Assembly (NCBI GenBank): GCA_963667665.2
Contig: OY763927.2
Location: forward strand, 64,001-128,000
DNA length: 64,000 nucleotides
Source of the DNA: Nitrosopumilus sp.
GTDB taxonomy: Archaea > Thermoproteota > Nitrososphaeria > Nitrososphaerales > Nitrosopumilaceae
Reading direction: 5' to 3'
Part shown: positions 28,740-37,711 of the stretch, piece after piece
Layout: every line of letters starts with the position of its first letter
Numbering within the stretch: the first letter of the stretch is position 1
Made by a program: the position numbers and the translations under genes
Notes under the pieces: model-generated
Told to the model about the DNA's origin: nothing
Seen by the model: the letters and a program-made list of their open reading frames with translations, nothing else
Database searches by the model: none

Positions 28740-29777
28740 TCACATTTTTGGATCAAGGCCTTTTGCCAATCTTAATGCATCTACAAGACCATCTGCATAC
28801 CCAATACTCAAAATTGCTACCTCATCTTGACCATCTACTAGGAATTTTTCTGCATCAAGTATGTACAATTCTGCATTTTCTAAAATTACTTGAAATTCTT
28901 TTTGATCTTTATAGAGTGGTTTAACTTCTTCAAGTGCCTCTCTGACCATTGGAACATATTTTTTCATCATTTGAACTGAAATCTTTTTTGTTTTTTCAGA
29001 ATTATCAAATGGCTCATCAATACATTCCCCTAATATCTTCAAGGCATCTGATTCAGTAAAGTGTAATCTACCAGGAATTATTACAGTATGTGGTGGCTTT
29101 CCAAAATCTCTTTTCTTCAGGCTAGATATTTTACCTGAAATAATTGTTTGATCCTTGAATCCTATTCTTGATGCAACTATTACATATGTAGATAAGCTAA
29201 TGACATTTCTTCTCTGCCCTGCCTCTGTTTCTAGTAATCCGCTTAATGCATCTTTAGGATCCAAGAAAAAATCCTTGTCTTGATTGTATTCTAAAAGAAG
29301 TACAGTGTGATTTCCTTCAATGATATTTTTGTAAATTAGATAGTACGGTGTTGTAAGTGATTTCATTTCACTCATTATTGTTGCAATTCTTCCAACTTTG
29401 TAAAAATGTAAACCACATTCTCCTATCATAGAAGTAAGTGATGATGAAGCATGAATGGAAAATGTCTTTATTTTTTCTTCAATTGCTCTTGTTCTTAATT
29501 CAATGTGAGTTGTTGCAATGTATGGATCTCCATATGATAGTAAAACTACTTTTTTCTTCTTTGCATTTTGTAAAATTTCATTTCCATCTTCTACTAGCCA
29601 TCTCTTTGCGGGTTTGAATTCACCTTTTGTTGCATTTTTGATTTTCACCAAATCTAATTTCCCAATTGGACTGGTAAACTGTTCAAGATAGACAATATCT
29701 GCTTTTGATAAAATATCTAGTGCTTCATTAGGAATTGATTTGAACCCAGAAATTCCTAAACCTACAAACCAAAGCAT
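28740..29777 (-). CDS. dph5: diphthine synthase with C-terminal DUF357-like domain
   Basis: FVGLG, GDPYIATTH, HTVLLLE, FGKPPH; C-terminal ILSIGYADGLVDALR. Confidence 0.9.
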   Translation of the reverse strand: MLWFVGLGISGFKSIPNEALDILSKADIVYLEQFTSPIGKLDLVKIKNATKGEFKPAKRWLVEDGNEILQNAKKKKVVLLSYGDPYIATTHIELRTRAIEEKIKTFSIHASSSLTSMIGECGLHFYKVGRIATIMSEMKSLTTPYYLIYKNIIEGNHTVLLLEYNQDKDFFLDPKDALSGLLETEAGQRRNVISLSTYVIVASRIGFKDQTIISGKISSLKKRDFGKPPHTVIIPGRLHFTESDALKILGECIDEPFDNSEKTKKISVQMMKKYVPMVREALEEVKPLYKDQKEFQVILENAELYILDAEKFLVDGQDEVAILSIGYADGLVDALRLAKGLDPKM

Positions 29778-30904
29778 TACTGCATCTTTTTATCATGAAG
29801 TCTTTTTAAATGCTGAAGAGTTTTCTTGAGAATCTCTATTCCTCTTAGATACTCATCAATTGAGACCTTCTCATCAATTGTATGGGCTTCATGAGGATCT
29901 CCTGGACCATATGTTACAACTGGTATTTTCCACTGATTTCCAAGAACGTTCATGTCCCCTGTCCCTGTTTTTCTAATTAGAGTTGGTCTTGAATGTTCTA
30001 CATCAATAACTCCAAGAGTAAATGCTCGAACTAATGGTGAATTATGATCTGCTTCAAATGGTTCTGTTTCATCAAGAATTGAATAAAATGCCTCTACACC
30101 TCTTCTTTCTGCAATTTCTTTTACTAACGTTGCAATTTTTTGTTCAGTAGATTTACAGTTCATATCAACTGGAATTCTGATATCAAAAGTAGTTTCACAT
30201 TCTTTTGGAGTAACGTTGTGACTAATTCCTCCTGTAATTTCAGTTATAGTTGCAGTTAGTAACATACCTTTAGTTCTATCGTCTTGACCTGCTTCTAATC
30301 CTTCTTTGAGTTCTTTTACAAAAATCATTGATTCTTGAATTGCATTTTTTGAAAGCCATGGTGCACTTGCATGAGAACTATCCTCAACTGAAACTTTAAG
30401 ATTAATTGCTAATCTTCCTTTGTATGCAATTGTGACTTGTTTAACTCCACTTGGTTCTCCAAATATTGCATAATCAATACCCATATCTTTTTTTACAAGA
30501 TTTTTTATTCCTGTAGCACTACCTTCTTCATCTACAGCTGCTACAAAAATTATAGTTCCATTATTGTTTTGAATTGATGCTGCAGCAAATAACATTGCAA
30601 TTAATGGTGCTTTAGCATCTGATGCCCCACGTCCATAAAGCGAATCTCTTTCTTTTCTAACTTTGACTTTTCCTGGAACAACATCCATGTGTCCACATAA
30701 CATAATTTTTGGTGAACCTGTTCCCTTCTTTGCAATTAAATTCCCTACTTCATCAACTTTAATATCTTCAAATCCTAAATCATCACATTTATCAGCTAAA
30801 AAATCTGTCATTGGTTTTTCACTGAGAGATGGTGTGTACAATCTGAGTGCTTTTTCAAGTGTCTTTACTGCAAAACTTGGTGTTACTGTAAAATGAGAAT
30901 TCAA
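29777..30904 (-). CDS. lysK: [LysW]-lysine/ornithine hydrolase (M20 family)
   Basis: GHMDVV, GRGASDAK, DEE, GEPS, TGTGDMN, YGPGD...HT.DE; within lys cluster. Confidence 0.88.
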   Translation of the reverse strand: MNSHFTVTPSFAVKTLEKALRLYTPSLSEKPMTDFLADKCDDLGFEDIKVDEVGNLIAKKGTGSPKIMLCGHMDVVPGKVKVRKERDSLYGRGASDAKAPLIAMLFAAASIQNNNGTIIFVAAVDEEGSATGIKNLVKKDMGIDYAIFGEPSGVKQVTIAYKGRLAINLKVSVEDSSHASAPWLSKNAIQESMIFVKELKEGLEAGQDDRTKGMLLTATITEITGGISHNVTPKECETTFDIRIPVDMNCKSTEQKIATLVKEIAERRGVEAFYSILDETEPFEADHNSPLVRAFTLGVIDVEHSRPTLIRKTGTGDMNVLGNQWKIPVVTYGPGDPHEAHTIDEKVSIDEYLRGIEILKKTLQHLKRLHDKKMQ

Positions 30905-30907
30905 TTC

Positions 30908-31756
30908 TTACTTACCCATCTTTAATGCATACTCTAACATTTTAGTTGGAATATCCACTTCACAAACTCTAACTGTGTTTTTGTATTCTGTTGTATTGTT
31001 AACCTCATGAACTACTAGTCCTTTATCATCACTTTCCATCAAATCTACACCTACGATATCCCCCTGAACTGCATTTTTTGCCTTAATACACATTTCTTCC
31101 ATTTCTGGTGTAACCTTACATGGTTCTGCTACTCCTCCAAGTGCCATATTCGTTTTCCAATTTCCATTTTCAGAAGTTCTGTAAATTGCTGCAACTATTT
31201 TGTCTCCCACCATTATAGCTCTGATGTCTCTTGGTGGTCTTTTTACAAATTCTTCTAGATAATGGATTTGGTGAATTGGATACATGTTTTCTCTACTTTC
31301 AATAATTCCATCAGCTGATTCTTTGTCATTTAATTTTGAAATTAATCTACCCCAACTCCCAACTGTTGGTTTGATTACTCTAGGAAAACCTTGTGTTTCT
31401 AATGCTTGCAGAGCAGCTTCTTTTGAAAAAGCAACTGTTGCATCAGGCGTTGGCACTCCAAATTTCTTTAGTAACATATGTGTGAATAATTTATTTCCTG
31501 CAAAAATTCCTGTATTGAGACAGTTGATTACCTTTACTCCAAGTCCTTCCAAGGCTGCAGTTGAATGCAAGTTTCTATAGTAACTCACACATCTTTGGAT
31601 AACTATTCCATAATCTTCAGGATTTTTTTCTAAATTTAATGCTAAATTCTTACAATTAACCATCTGAACGTTGATGTTATTTTTTTTACCGGCTTCTAGT
31701 AGAGCTTTTTCTTCCCAACGGATGTTATCGTAAAGAATAGTAACGTCAGGACTCAC
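30908..31756 (-). CDS. lysX: alpha-aminoadipate--LysW ligase
   Basis: RWEEKALL, KPTVGSWGR, WKTNMALG, EVNNTTEYKNT (KN-type signature); GTG start overlapping the lysW stop (GTGA). Confidence 0.88.
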   Translation of the reverse strand: MSPDVTILYDNIRWEEKALLEAGKKNNINVQMVNCKNLALNLEKNPEDYGIVIQRCVSYYRNLHSTAALEGLGVKVINCLNTGIFAGNKLFTHMLLKKFGVPTPDATVAFSKEAALQALETQGFPRVIKPTVGSWGRLISKLNDKESADGIIESRENMYPIHQIHYLEEFVKRPPRDIRAIMVGDKIVAAIYRTSENGNWKTNMALGGVAEPCKVTPEMEEMCIKAKNAVQGDIVGVDLMESDDKGLVVHEVNNTTEYKNTVRVCEVDIPTKMLEYALKMGK

Positions 31757-31920
31757 TGTCCCCAATCCTCGCCAACCGTTTGGGCAGGCTTTAGATCGAA
31801 ACCATCTGAACCTTTTGTTAATTCAAAACTTGCTCCGCATTCAGGACATGTTACAATCTCTCCTTCAAGTGCATCACTTGGTACAGAAATATTTGCATCA
31901 CATTCTTCACATTTTGACAT
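31753..31920 (-). CDS. lysW: amino-group carrier protein LysW with atypical C-terminus EDWGQ
   Basis: MSKCEECDANISVPSDALEGEIVTCPECGASFELTKGSDGFDLKPAQTVGEDWGQ*; two CxxC; GGAGA SD upstream; missed by ORF track. Confidence 0.92.
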   Translation of the reverse strand: MSKCEECDANISVPSDALEGEIVTCPECGASFELTKGSDGFDLKPAQTVGEDWGQ

Positions 31921-31942
31921 GTTTTCTCCTCACCTTCCCTCT

Positions 31943-33109
31943 CTATTTATCATTAATTATCTTTTTTTCAAGTCTGTCTTCAAGTGGAATCTCAATAAGA
32001 TCACCCATTCTAAGATTCTTCAATCCAGCTGCAACTGCTTTTGCACCTTCATCGTCTTTTTCAAGTCCTAATAGTGACATTAGATATGCAGCTCCTGTCT
32101 TTCCTGCTAATTCCCCAAAGACAATTCTTCTTCTGTTTCCAACTGCTCTTGGGGGTATGGGCTCATAGGCTGCAGGGTTTCTAAGAATTGCTGCAAGGTG
32201 TGTTCCTGCTTTGTGCTTGTATGCAGATGATCCTACAATTGGTTTTGAGTCATATGGTTTGATTGATGTATAATCTTCAATTAATCTAGACAGATCTAAC
32301 AACATGTCTAATCTGAAATCGTTTGGTGATTTGTATAGATAAGTAAGTGCTACTGCAACTTCTGCAAGAGGTGGGATCCCAGTTCTTTCTCCAATACCAT
32401 CAATAGTAGTATGAATCTGATCAACTCCTGCATCACATGCTGAAAAAGCATTTGCTACTGCAAATCCAATATCATTGTGAACGTGCGCATCTAATGGTAC
32501 ACTTACTACCTCTCTAACTTTCTTAACAAAATTATACATTCCAATAGGGCGTAAAATTCCAACTGTATCTGGAAGACTAATTCTATCAACTCCTGCATCT
32601 TCAATTGCCTTGCATACTTTGAGTAAAAATTCTGGCTCTGTTCTACTTCCGTCTTCTACTGTAAATCTAATTTTAAGACCATGAGATTTTGCATATTCTA
32701 CAGTTTCTACAGCTCTGTCAAATGCCTCATCTCTTGAAATATGTAATTTATCTTTTAGATGAATATCTGAAATTCCTAAATATGCAGCACACCATTTTGC
32801 ATCACAATCTAATGAAATATCAATATCTGCTTTAAGAGCACGTCCATGAGAAACAATATCTGCACTTAATCCTTGTTTGATGATTGTCTTAGTTGCCTCT
32901 TTATGATCTTTTGATATAACTGGCGAGATTTCAATTTGATCAACTCCAAAATAATCTAACATCCATGCAATCTGTATTCTTTGTTTGTTTGTAAATGAAA
33001 CACCTGGATGTTGTTCCCCTTCTCTTAGCGTACTGTCTAAAATTCTAATCTTCTTTGGATTTTTTTCATATGCGTTATAGATATTCGCATAGTGATTCGG
33101 ATCATTCAT
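31943..33109 (-). CDS. homocitrate synthase (DRE-TIM, LeuA family)
   Basis: DSTLREGEQ, HVHNDIG, GIGERTG, HKAGTH; directly upstream of lysW-lysX. Confidence 0.85.
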   Translation of the reverse strand: MNDPNHYANIYNAYEKNPKKIRILDSTLREGEQHPGVSFTNKQRIQIAWMLDYFGVDQIEISPVISKDHKEATKTIIKQGLSADIVSHGRALKADIDISLDCDAKWCAAYLGISDIHLKDKLHISRDEAFDRAVETVEYAKSHGLKIRFTVEDGSRTEPEFLLKVCKAIEDAGVDRISLPDTVGILRPIGMYNFVKKVREVVSVPLDAHVHNDIGFAVANAFSACDAGVDQIHTTIDGIGERTGIPPLAEVAVALTYLYKSPNDFRLDMLLDLSRLIEDYTSIKPYDSKPIVGSSAYKHKAGTHLAAILRNPAAYEPIPPRAVGNRRRIVFGELAGKTGAAYLMSLLGLEKDDEGAKAVAAGLKNLRMGDLIEIPLEDRLEKKIINDK

Positions 33110-33225
33110 TACTGAAATCGTTGACCTAAATTGAGAATATAAATATATTCGTACTAGGTTCGTTGAAAATAAGTAATATTGATCCTAATCTAGTTTTGAA
33201 TTGAAATTATGAAACGAAAGTCGTT

Positions 33226-33645
33226 TTAGATTACTTTCTTCAAAATAATTACAGTATTTGTATCAACTACACCTGGAATCTTTCTTAACGCATCAATACT
33301 ATTATTAATTTCAGCAATTGTTGCTGCACTAATAATTACTGTAATGTCATATTGACCTGTAATTTCATAAACTGTTTTCACTCCTTCTAATTTTGTAAGT
33401 TTTGCAGAAACTTTGGATGTGTCTGTTGCAGAATCAACTGAAACTAAAACAATTGCACTAGTAGCATTTTCTTCACCAAGTTCCAAAGTAAATTTTTTAA
33501 TTACTCCACTTCCTAATAGATTTTTTACCCGTCTTCTTACAGCTGATTCAGAAAGTTTTAGTTTTTTTCCAATGTCTACAAATGATTCTCTAGAGTTTTC
33601 TTTTAGATATTCTATGATCTTTTCGTCTACTTTATCTCTGTACAT
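33226..33645 (-). CDS. lysM: Lrp/AsnC-family regulator LysM
   Basis: N-terminal HTH SESAVRRRV, YEITGQYD; inside lys/arg cluster. Confidence 0.85.
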   Translation of the reverse strand: MYRDKVDEKIIEYLKENSRESFVDIGKKLKLSESAVRRRVKNLLGSGVIKKFTLELGEENATSAIVLVSVDSATDTSKVSAKLTKLEGVKTVYEITGQYDITVIISAATIAEINNSIDALRKIPGVVDTNTVIILKKVI

Positions 33646-34813
33646 TACGTTTTTGCTCCTCTTCTGTTAGTATAGAATCAAGAGCATGTAAAACTTTTGT
33701 TATGTCTTCTTCAGATATTACTAATGGTGGAAGAATTCTTAGTATATTTCGTCCAGAGTATAACATCAGAATACCATCTTTTATTAACCCCATTAGAATA
33801 TCTTTGATTTCAAATTTCATCTCTATTCCTATCATGAGTCCTTTACCACGAATTTCTCTAATCATCATATGTTTTTCTTTTAATTTCTCTAATCCTTCTC
33901 TGAAAATTTTCCCCATCTTCTCAGAATTCTCAATCAATCCATCTTCTGTTAATGCTTTAAGAGCTGCAATCCCTGCTGCACAAGAAATTGGGTTTCCTCC
34001 AAATGTTGAAGAGTGTTCTCCTTTACTCATTGAAGAGAGAATGTCTGGTCTTACAAGAGTTACACCCATTGGTACTCCTCCTGCTATTCCTTTTGCAAGA
34101 CATAAAATATCTGGCGCAGTATTCCAATGATCACAAGCCCATAATCGTCCAGTTCTACCTAAACCAGCTTGTATTTCGTCAAAAATTAACAGAATTCCTT
34201 TCTCATCGCAAAGTTTTCTTACTTCTTGTAAAAATCCATCAGGTGCAACAATAATTCCACTCTCTCCTTGTATTGGTTCTAAAATTACAAATGCTGTATC
34301 GTCATCAATTACTGAACGAAGTGATTCAATATCTCCAAAAGATGCAAAAGAAACTTTTTCAACAAGTGGTTGAAATGGTTTTCTATATTTTGGATTGAAT
34401 GTTAATGACAAAGCACCAAAAGATTTTCCGTGATAGGAACCTTTCATTGCAACCATTCCTTTTTTACCTGTAAACTTTCTTGCAAACTTTATTGCAGCTT
34501 CAATTGCTTCTGCTCCACTATTGTTTAGATGAACTTGTGTGAGTCCTTTTGGAGCTAGTCCAATAAGCAATTTCAAAAACTCTTCTCTTGTTTTGTTGTA
34601 TAATGAACTATGAACTGTGATAATTTTATCAAGTTGTTCTTTTATTGCATTGTTGACTCTTTGATTTTGATGACCTACTAGTGCTACACCATATCCTCCC
34701 ATACAGTCAATGTACTCTTTTCCATCTACATCCCATACATGAGCTCCAACTCCTTTTTCAATTGTAACTGGAAATCTCTGATAGAGATTTCCCATAAATT
34801 GATCTTCACTCAT
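33632..34813 (-). CDS. lysJ: [LysW]-aminoadipate semialdehyde/glutamate semialdehyde transaminase
   Basis: SGAEA, EPIQGE, FDEIQAG.GRTG, AKGIAGG, STFGGNP. Confidence 0.9.
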   Translation of the reverse strand: MSEDQFMGNLYQRFPVTIEKGVGAHVWDVDGKEYIDCMGGYGVALVGHQNQRVNNAIKEQLDKIITVHSSLYNKTREEFLKLLIGLAPKGLTQVHLNNSGAEAIEAAIKFARKFTGKKGMVAMKGSYHGKSFGALSLTFNPKYRKPFQPLVEKVSFASFGDIESLRSVIDDDTAFVILEPIQGESGIIVAPDGFLQEVRKLCDEKGILLIFDEIQAGLGRTGRLWACDHWNTAPDILCLAKGIAGGVPMGVTLVRPDILSSMSKGEHSSTFGGNPISCAAGIAALKALTEDGLIENSEKMGKIFREGLEKLKEKHMMIREIRGKGLMIGIEMKFEIKDILMGLIKDGILMLYSGRNILRILPPLVISEEDITKVLHALDSILTEEEQKRNVQR

Positions 34814-35609
34814 GTTCAATCACCGTACAATTATCATGTGCAATTGCAGAAGATATTGGATTTTCTTTCTGGCCATTTGCAATCAATGCTTCTTTAACAC
34901 CCATGTCTAGTGCTTCAGTAGCTGCTAAAATCTTCTTCTCCATTCCTAGTCCTATTTTTGGTCTGATTTCTTTTGCTTCAGCTAATGTAAGTTTTGGAAC
35001 AAGTTTGTCATCCATTAATAGTCCGTCAACATCTGTAATGAATAATACTTTGTCACAACCTACTTTTCCAGCTACATATGCTGCAGCTCTATCTCCATCG
35101 ACATTAAGAAATTCTGATTCTTCACTAATTGCTATAGGTGAAATAACAGGTATAAGTCCTTGTTCTAAGAGTAATTTTATGAATTTAGAGTTTACATTGG
35201 TAATTTTTCCAGTGTAGCCTCCATCAATTGCTTGTTTCCTACCTTTTTCATTGATTATGAGAAGTTTCTTTTTTCTGTCAGCTTCTATAACTTTGGCATC
35301 AACTCCAGAAAGACCGATTGCGTTAATCCCATTTTTCTGAAGTAACTGCACAATTGTCTTGTTTACTCTACCAGACATTACCATTGTAAAAATTTCAGCA
35401 GTCTCTTTGTCAGTGTATCTACTTTTGATTCCACTAGGTGATGTTACAAATTTTGGTTCTTTTCCAAGTTGTTTACAAACTTTTGTAACTTCTTTTCCAC
35501 CACCATGAACTAAAATCACACCTTCTGATTCTATTGTTTTTTTAATGTCTGCAATTGTAGATGGATGTAAATTATCTACTACGCTTCCACCAATTTTGAT
35601 TGTGATCAT
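34806..35609 (-). CDS. lysZ: [LysW]-aminoadipate/glutamate kinase
   Basis: IKIGG, VHGGG, SPSG..SRYTD, LNVDGD. Confidence 0.9.
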   Translation of the reverse strand: MITIKIGGSVVDNLHPSTIADIKKTIESEGVILVHGGGKEVTKVCKQLGKEPKFVTSPSGIKSRYTDKETAEIFTMVMSGRVNKTIVQLLQKNGINAIGLSGVDAKVIEADRKKKLLIINEKGRKQAIDGGYTGKITNVNSKFIKLLLEQGLIPVISPIAISEESEFLNVDGDRAAAYVAGKVGCDKVLFITDVDGLLMDDKLVPKLTLAEAKEIRPKIGLGMEKKILAATEALDMGVKEALIANGQKENPISSAIAHDNCTVIEHE

Positions 35610-35611
35610 TT

Positions 35612-36658
35612 CTAAACAGGAGTTAGTGGAGTGTATCGTAGTCCATCCATTTCATCAAAACCACACATTATGTTCATATTTTGAATTGCTGAACCTGCTG
35701 CACCTTTCATCAAGTTATCTGATGCTGATAATGCAATCAATCTGTTGTTATCCTCATCTATATCAAATCCAATATCACAAAAGTTTGAACCAACCAAGAA
35801 CTTTGGATCTGGGAATTTGTATAATCCCTTTTTATCACGAATAAGCCTGATAAATTTTTCATCACCATAAGCTTGACGATACAATTTCCACAATTCTTTT
35901 TCATCTATTTCTTTTTGCATGAACGTATGGTTTGTACATAAAATTCCACGAACTACATCAACTGCATGTGGACTCATAGATACTTTGATCTTCTTTCCAG
36001 CAATTTGGCTAAGTTCTTGTTCAATTTCACCAGTGTGTCTATGCTTTGCTGGTTTGTATGGCCTAATCACTCCTGCTCTCATTGCATGTGCAGTTCCAGA
36101 ACCAGAACCTGCACCCGAAGACCCAATCTTTGAATCTACAATAATGTGTTCAGTATCAATAATGTTATTTCGAATTAATGGAGCCAGTGCTAGTATTGAT
36201 GTAACTGCCATGCAGCCAGGACAAGAAACAAGTTGTGATTTTTTGATTTCTTCTCTATGTAATTCAGGAACTCCAAAAACTGATTTTTCTAAATAATCTG
36301 GATGTGGATGCTCCCATCCATACCATTTGTCATAATCTTCTTGATTATGTAATCTGTAATCAGCACTCAAATCAATTATTTTCATACCTCTGTCATATAG
36401 TGCCTTTACAATTTCAGTTGCAGTACCGTGTGGAACAGCTGTGAACACTAGATCACATTTGTCAGTTAATTTATCATAATCCAATTCTGAGAAAGTAAGA
36501 TCTGTAAATCCTTTCAAGCTTGGTTGTACTCTATGAAGATATTCACCGACATGCTGTCTTGATGTCACCATGGCTATCTCAACATCTGGATGGTTAACAA
36601 GAAGACGAAGTGTCTCTCCGCCTACATATCCTGATGCTCCTACAATACCTACTTTCAT
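35612..36658 (-). CDS. lysY: [LysW]-aminoadipyl/glutamyl-phosphate reductase
   Basis: GASGYVG, DLSADYRL, CPGC, HRH..EI, DNLMKGAAG. Confidence 0.9.
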   Translation of the reverse strand: MKVGIVGASGYVGGETLRLLVNHPDVEIAMVTSRQHVGEYLHRVQPSLKGFTDLTFSELDYDKLTDKCDLVFTAVPHGTATEIVKALYDRGMKIIDLSADYRLHNQEDYDKWYGWEHPHPDYLEKSVFGVPELHREEIKKSQLVSCPGCMAVTSILALAPLIRNNIIDTEHIIVDSKIGSSGAGSGSGTAHAMRAGVIRPYKPAKHRHTGEIEQELSQIAGKKIKVSMSPHAVDVVRGILCTNHTFMQKEIDEKELWKLYRQAYGDEKFIRLIRDKKGLYKFPDPKFLVGSNFCDIGFDIDEDNNRLIALSASDNLMKGAAGSAIQNMNIMCGFDEMDGLRYTPLTPV

Positions 36659-36686
36659 GATAAACCTCCTCGTTATGGAGTATAAT

Positions 36687-37544
36687 TTATTTCCTAACGT
36701 AGTTTAGCGCAAATTCTATCATTTCTTTTGGAATGTTTCGTTTTGCAACTCTAGCCAATCCTTTGAATTCAACTGTATTGTTAACTTCGTGTACAACTAG
36801 ACCTCTCTTATCGTCTTCCATCATATCTATTCCTAAAATTCCACCACCCATGGCCTTTGATGCTTTTGTTGCCATATCCTCCATTTCTTTTGTGATCTCA
36901 CAAAGTTCTGGTTCTGCTCCAAGTGCTATGTTTGTCTTAAAACCACCTGATGATTTTCTGTACATGGCTGCAATAGGTTCATCTCCTACAGTGATTACTC
37001 TGATATCTCTTGGTGGTCTTTTGATTAATTCTTGCAAGTAGTAAATTCTATCATGTGGACTATCTGTAATTTGTCTTATTTCAATAACTGCATCCATTGT
37101 ATCTTTATCTTTAATTTGCATTACACCTCTACCCCAACTCCCTATCACTGGTTTGATAACTAGTGGGTATCCAACTTTTTCTAAATTCTTTGTTGCACCT
37201 TCACTTGAAAATGAAAAGTATGTTTTTGGTGTTGGAATATTTTTTTTTTTTAAAAGTAAAGTCATAAACATTTTGTTTCCACAAACATTTGCAACATCAA
37301 ATTTGTTTAGAACTGGAATATCCATAAATTCTAGACTTGCAGTAAAGTGAAGTCCTCTAAAATAACTAACACATCTTTCTAAAACAATATCCCCAAAATC
37401 ATAATCTTCTCTTTTACTATCTGTGTTAACTTGAGTTATCTTTGCATCTAACATCACTGCTTTATGCCCTAGTTTTTCTGCCTCTTTTTGAAGCATCTTT
37501 TCTTCCGTTCTCAGACGGTCAAACACGATACATACTTTTGACAT
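36687..37544 (-). CDS. argX: glutamate--LysW ligase (ArgX-type paralogue of LysX)
   Basis: ATP-grasp KPVIGSWGR, FKTNIALG, EVNNTVEFKGL (KG-type signature); follows argG and second lysW. Confidence 0.8.
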   Translation of the reverse strand: MSKVCIVFDRLRTEEKMLQKEAEKLGHKAVMLDAKITQVNTDSKREDYDFGDIVLERCVSYFRGLHFTASLEFMDIPVLNKFDVANVCGNKMFMTLLLKKKNIPTPKTYFSFSSEGATKNLEKVGYPLVIKPVIGSWGRGVMQIKDKDTMDAVIEIRQITDSPHDRIYYLQELIKRPPRDIRVITVGDEPIAAMYRKSSGGFKTNIALGAEPELCEITKEMEDMATKASKAMGGGILGIDMMEDDKRGLVVHEVNNTVEFKGLARVAKRNIPKEMIEFALNYVRK

Positions 37545-37711
37545 TACTCTCCCCAGTCTTCGCCTACGGTTTCTGCTTGTTTAAGCTCTAAATTTGATCC
37601 ATCTTTTTTAGCGATTTCAAAGTCAGCGCCACAATCAGGACAGGAGATTATTTCTCCCACTGAGGCATCGTCTGGAATGTTTAATGCTGCATCACATTCT
37701 GGGCAGTTCAT
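37544..37711 (-). CDS. lysW: second amino-group carrier protein (LysW/ArgW), canonical EDWGE terminus
   Basis: MNCPECDAALNIPDDASVGEIISCPDCGADFEIAKKDGSNLELKQAETVGEDWGE*; ATGA overlap with argG and TAATG overlap with argX. Confidence 0.93.
   Translation of the reverse strand: MNCPECDAALNIPDDASVGEIISCPDCGADFEIAKKDGSNLELKQAETVGEDWGE

Noticed and set aside
37240-37251. T12 homopolymer (A12 on coding strand) in argX as a phase-variation site
   Set aside because: In frame (LKKKN) in a biosynthetic gene of an AT-rich genome; nothing else suggests programmed slippage
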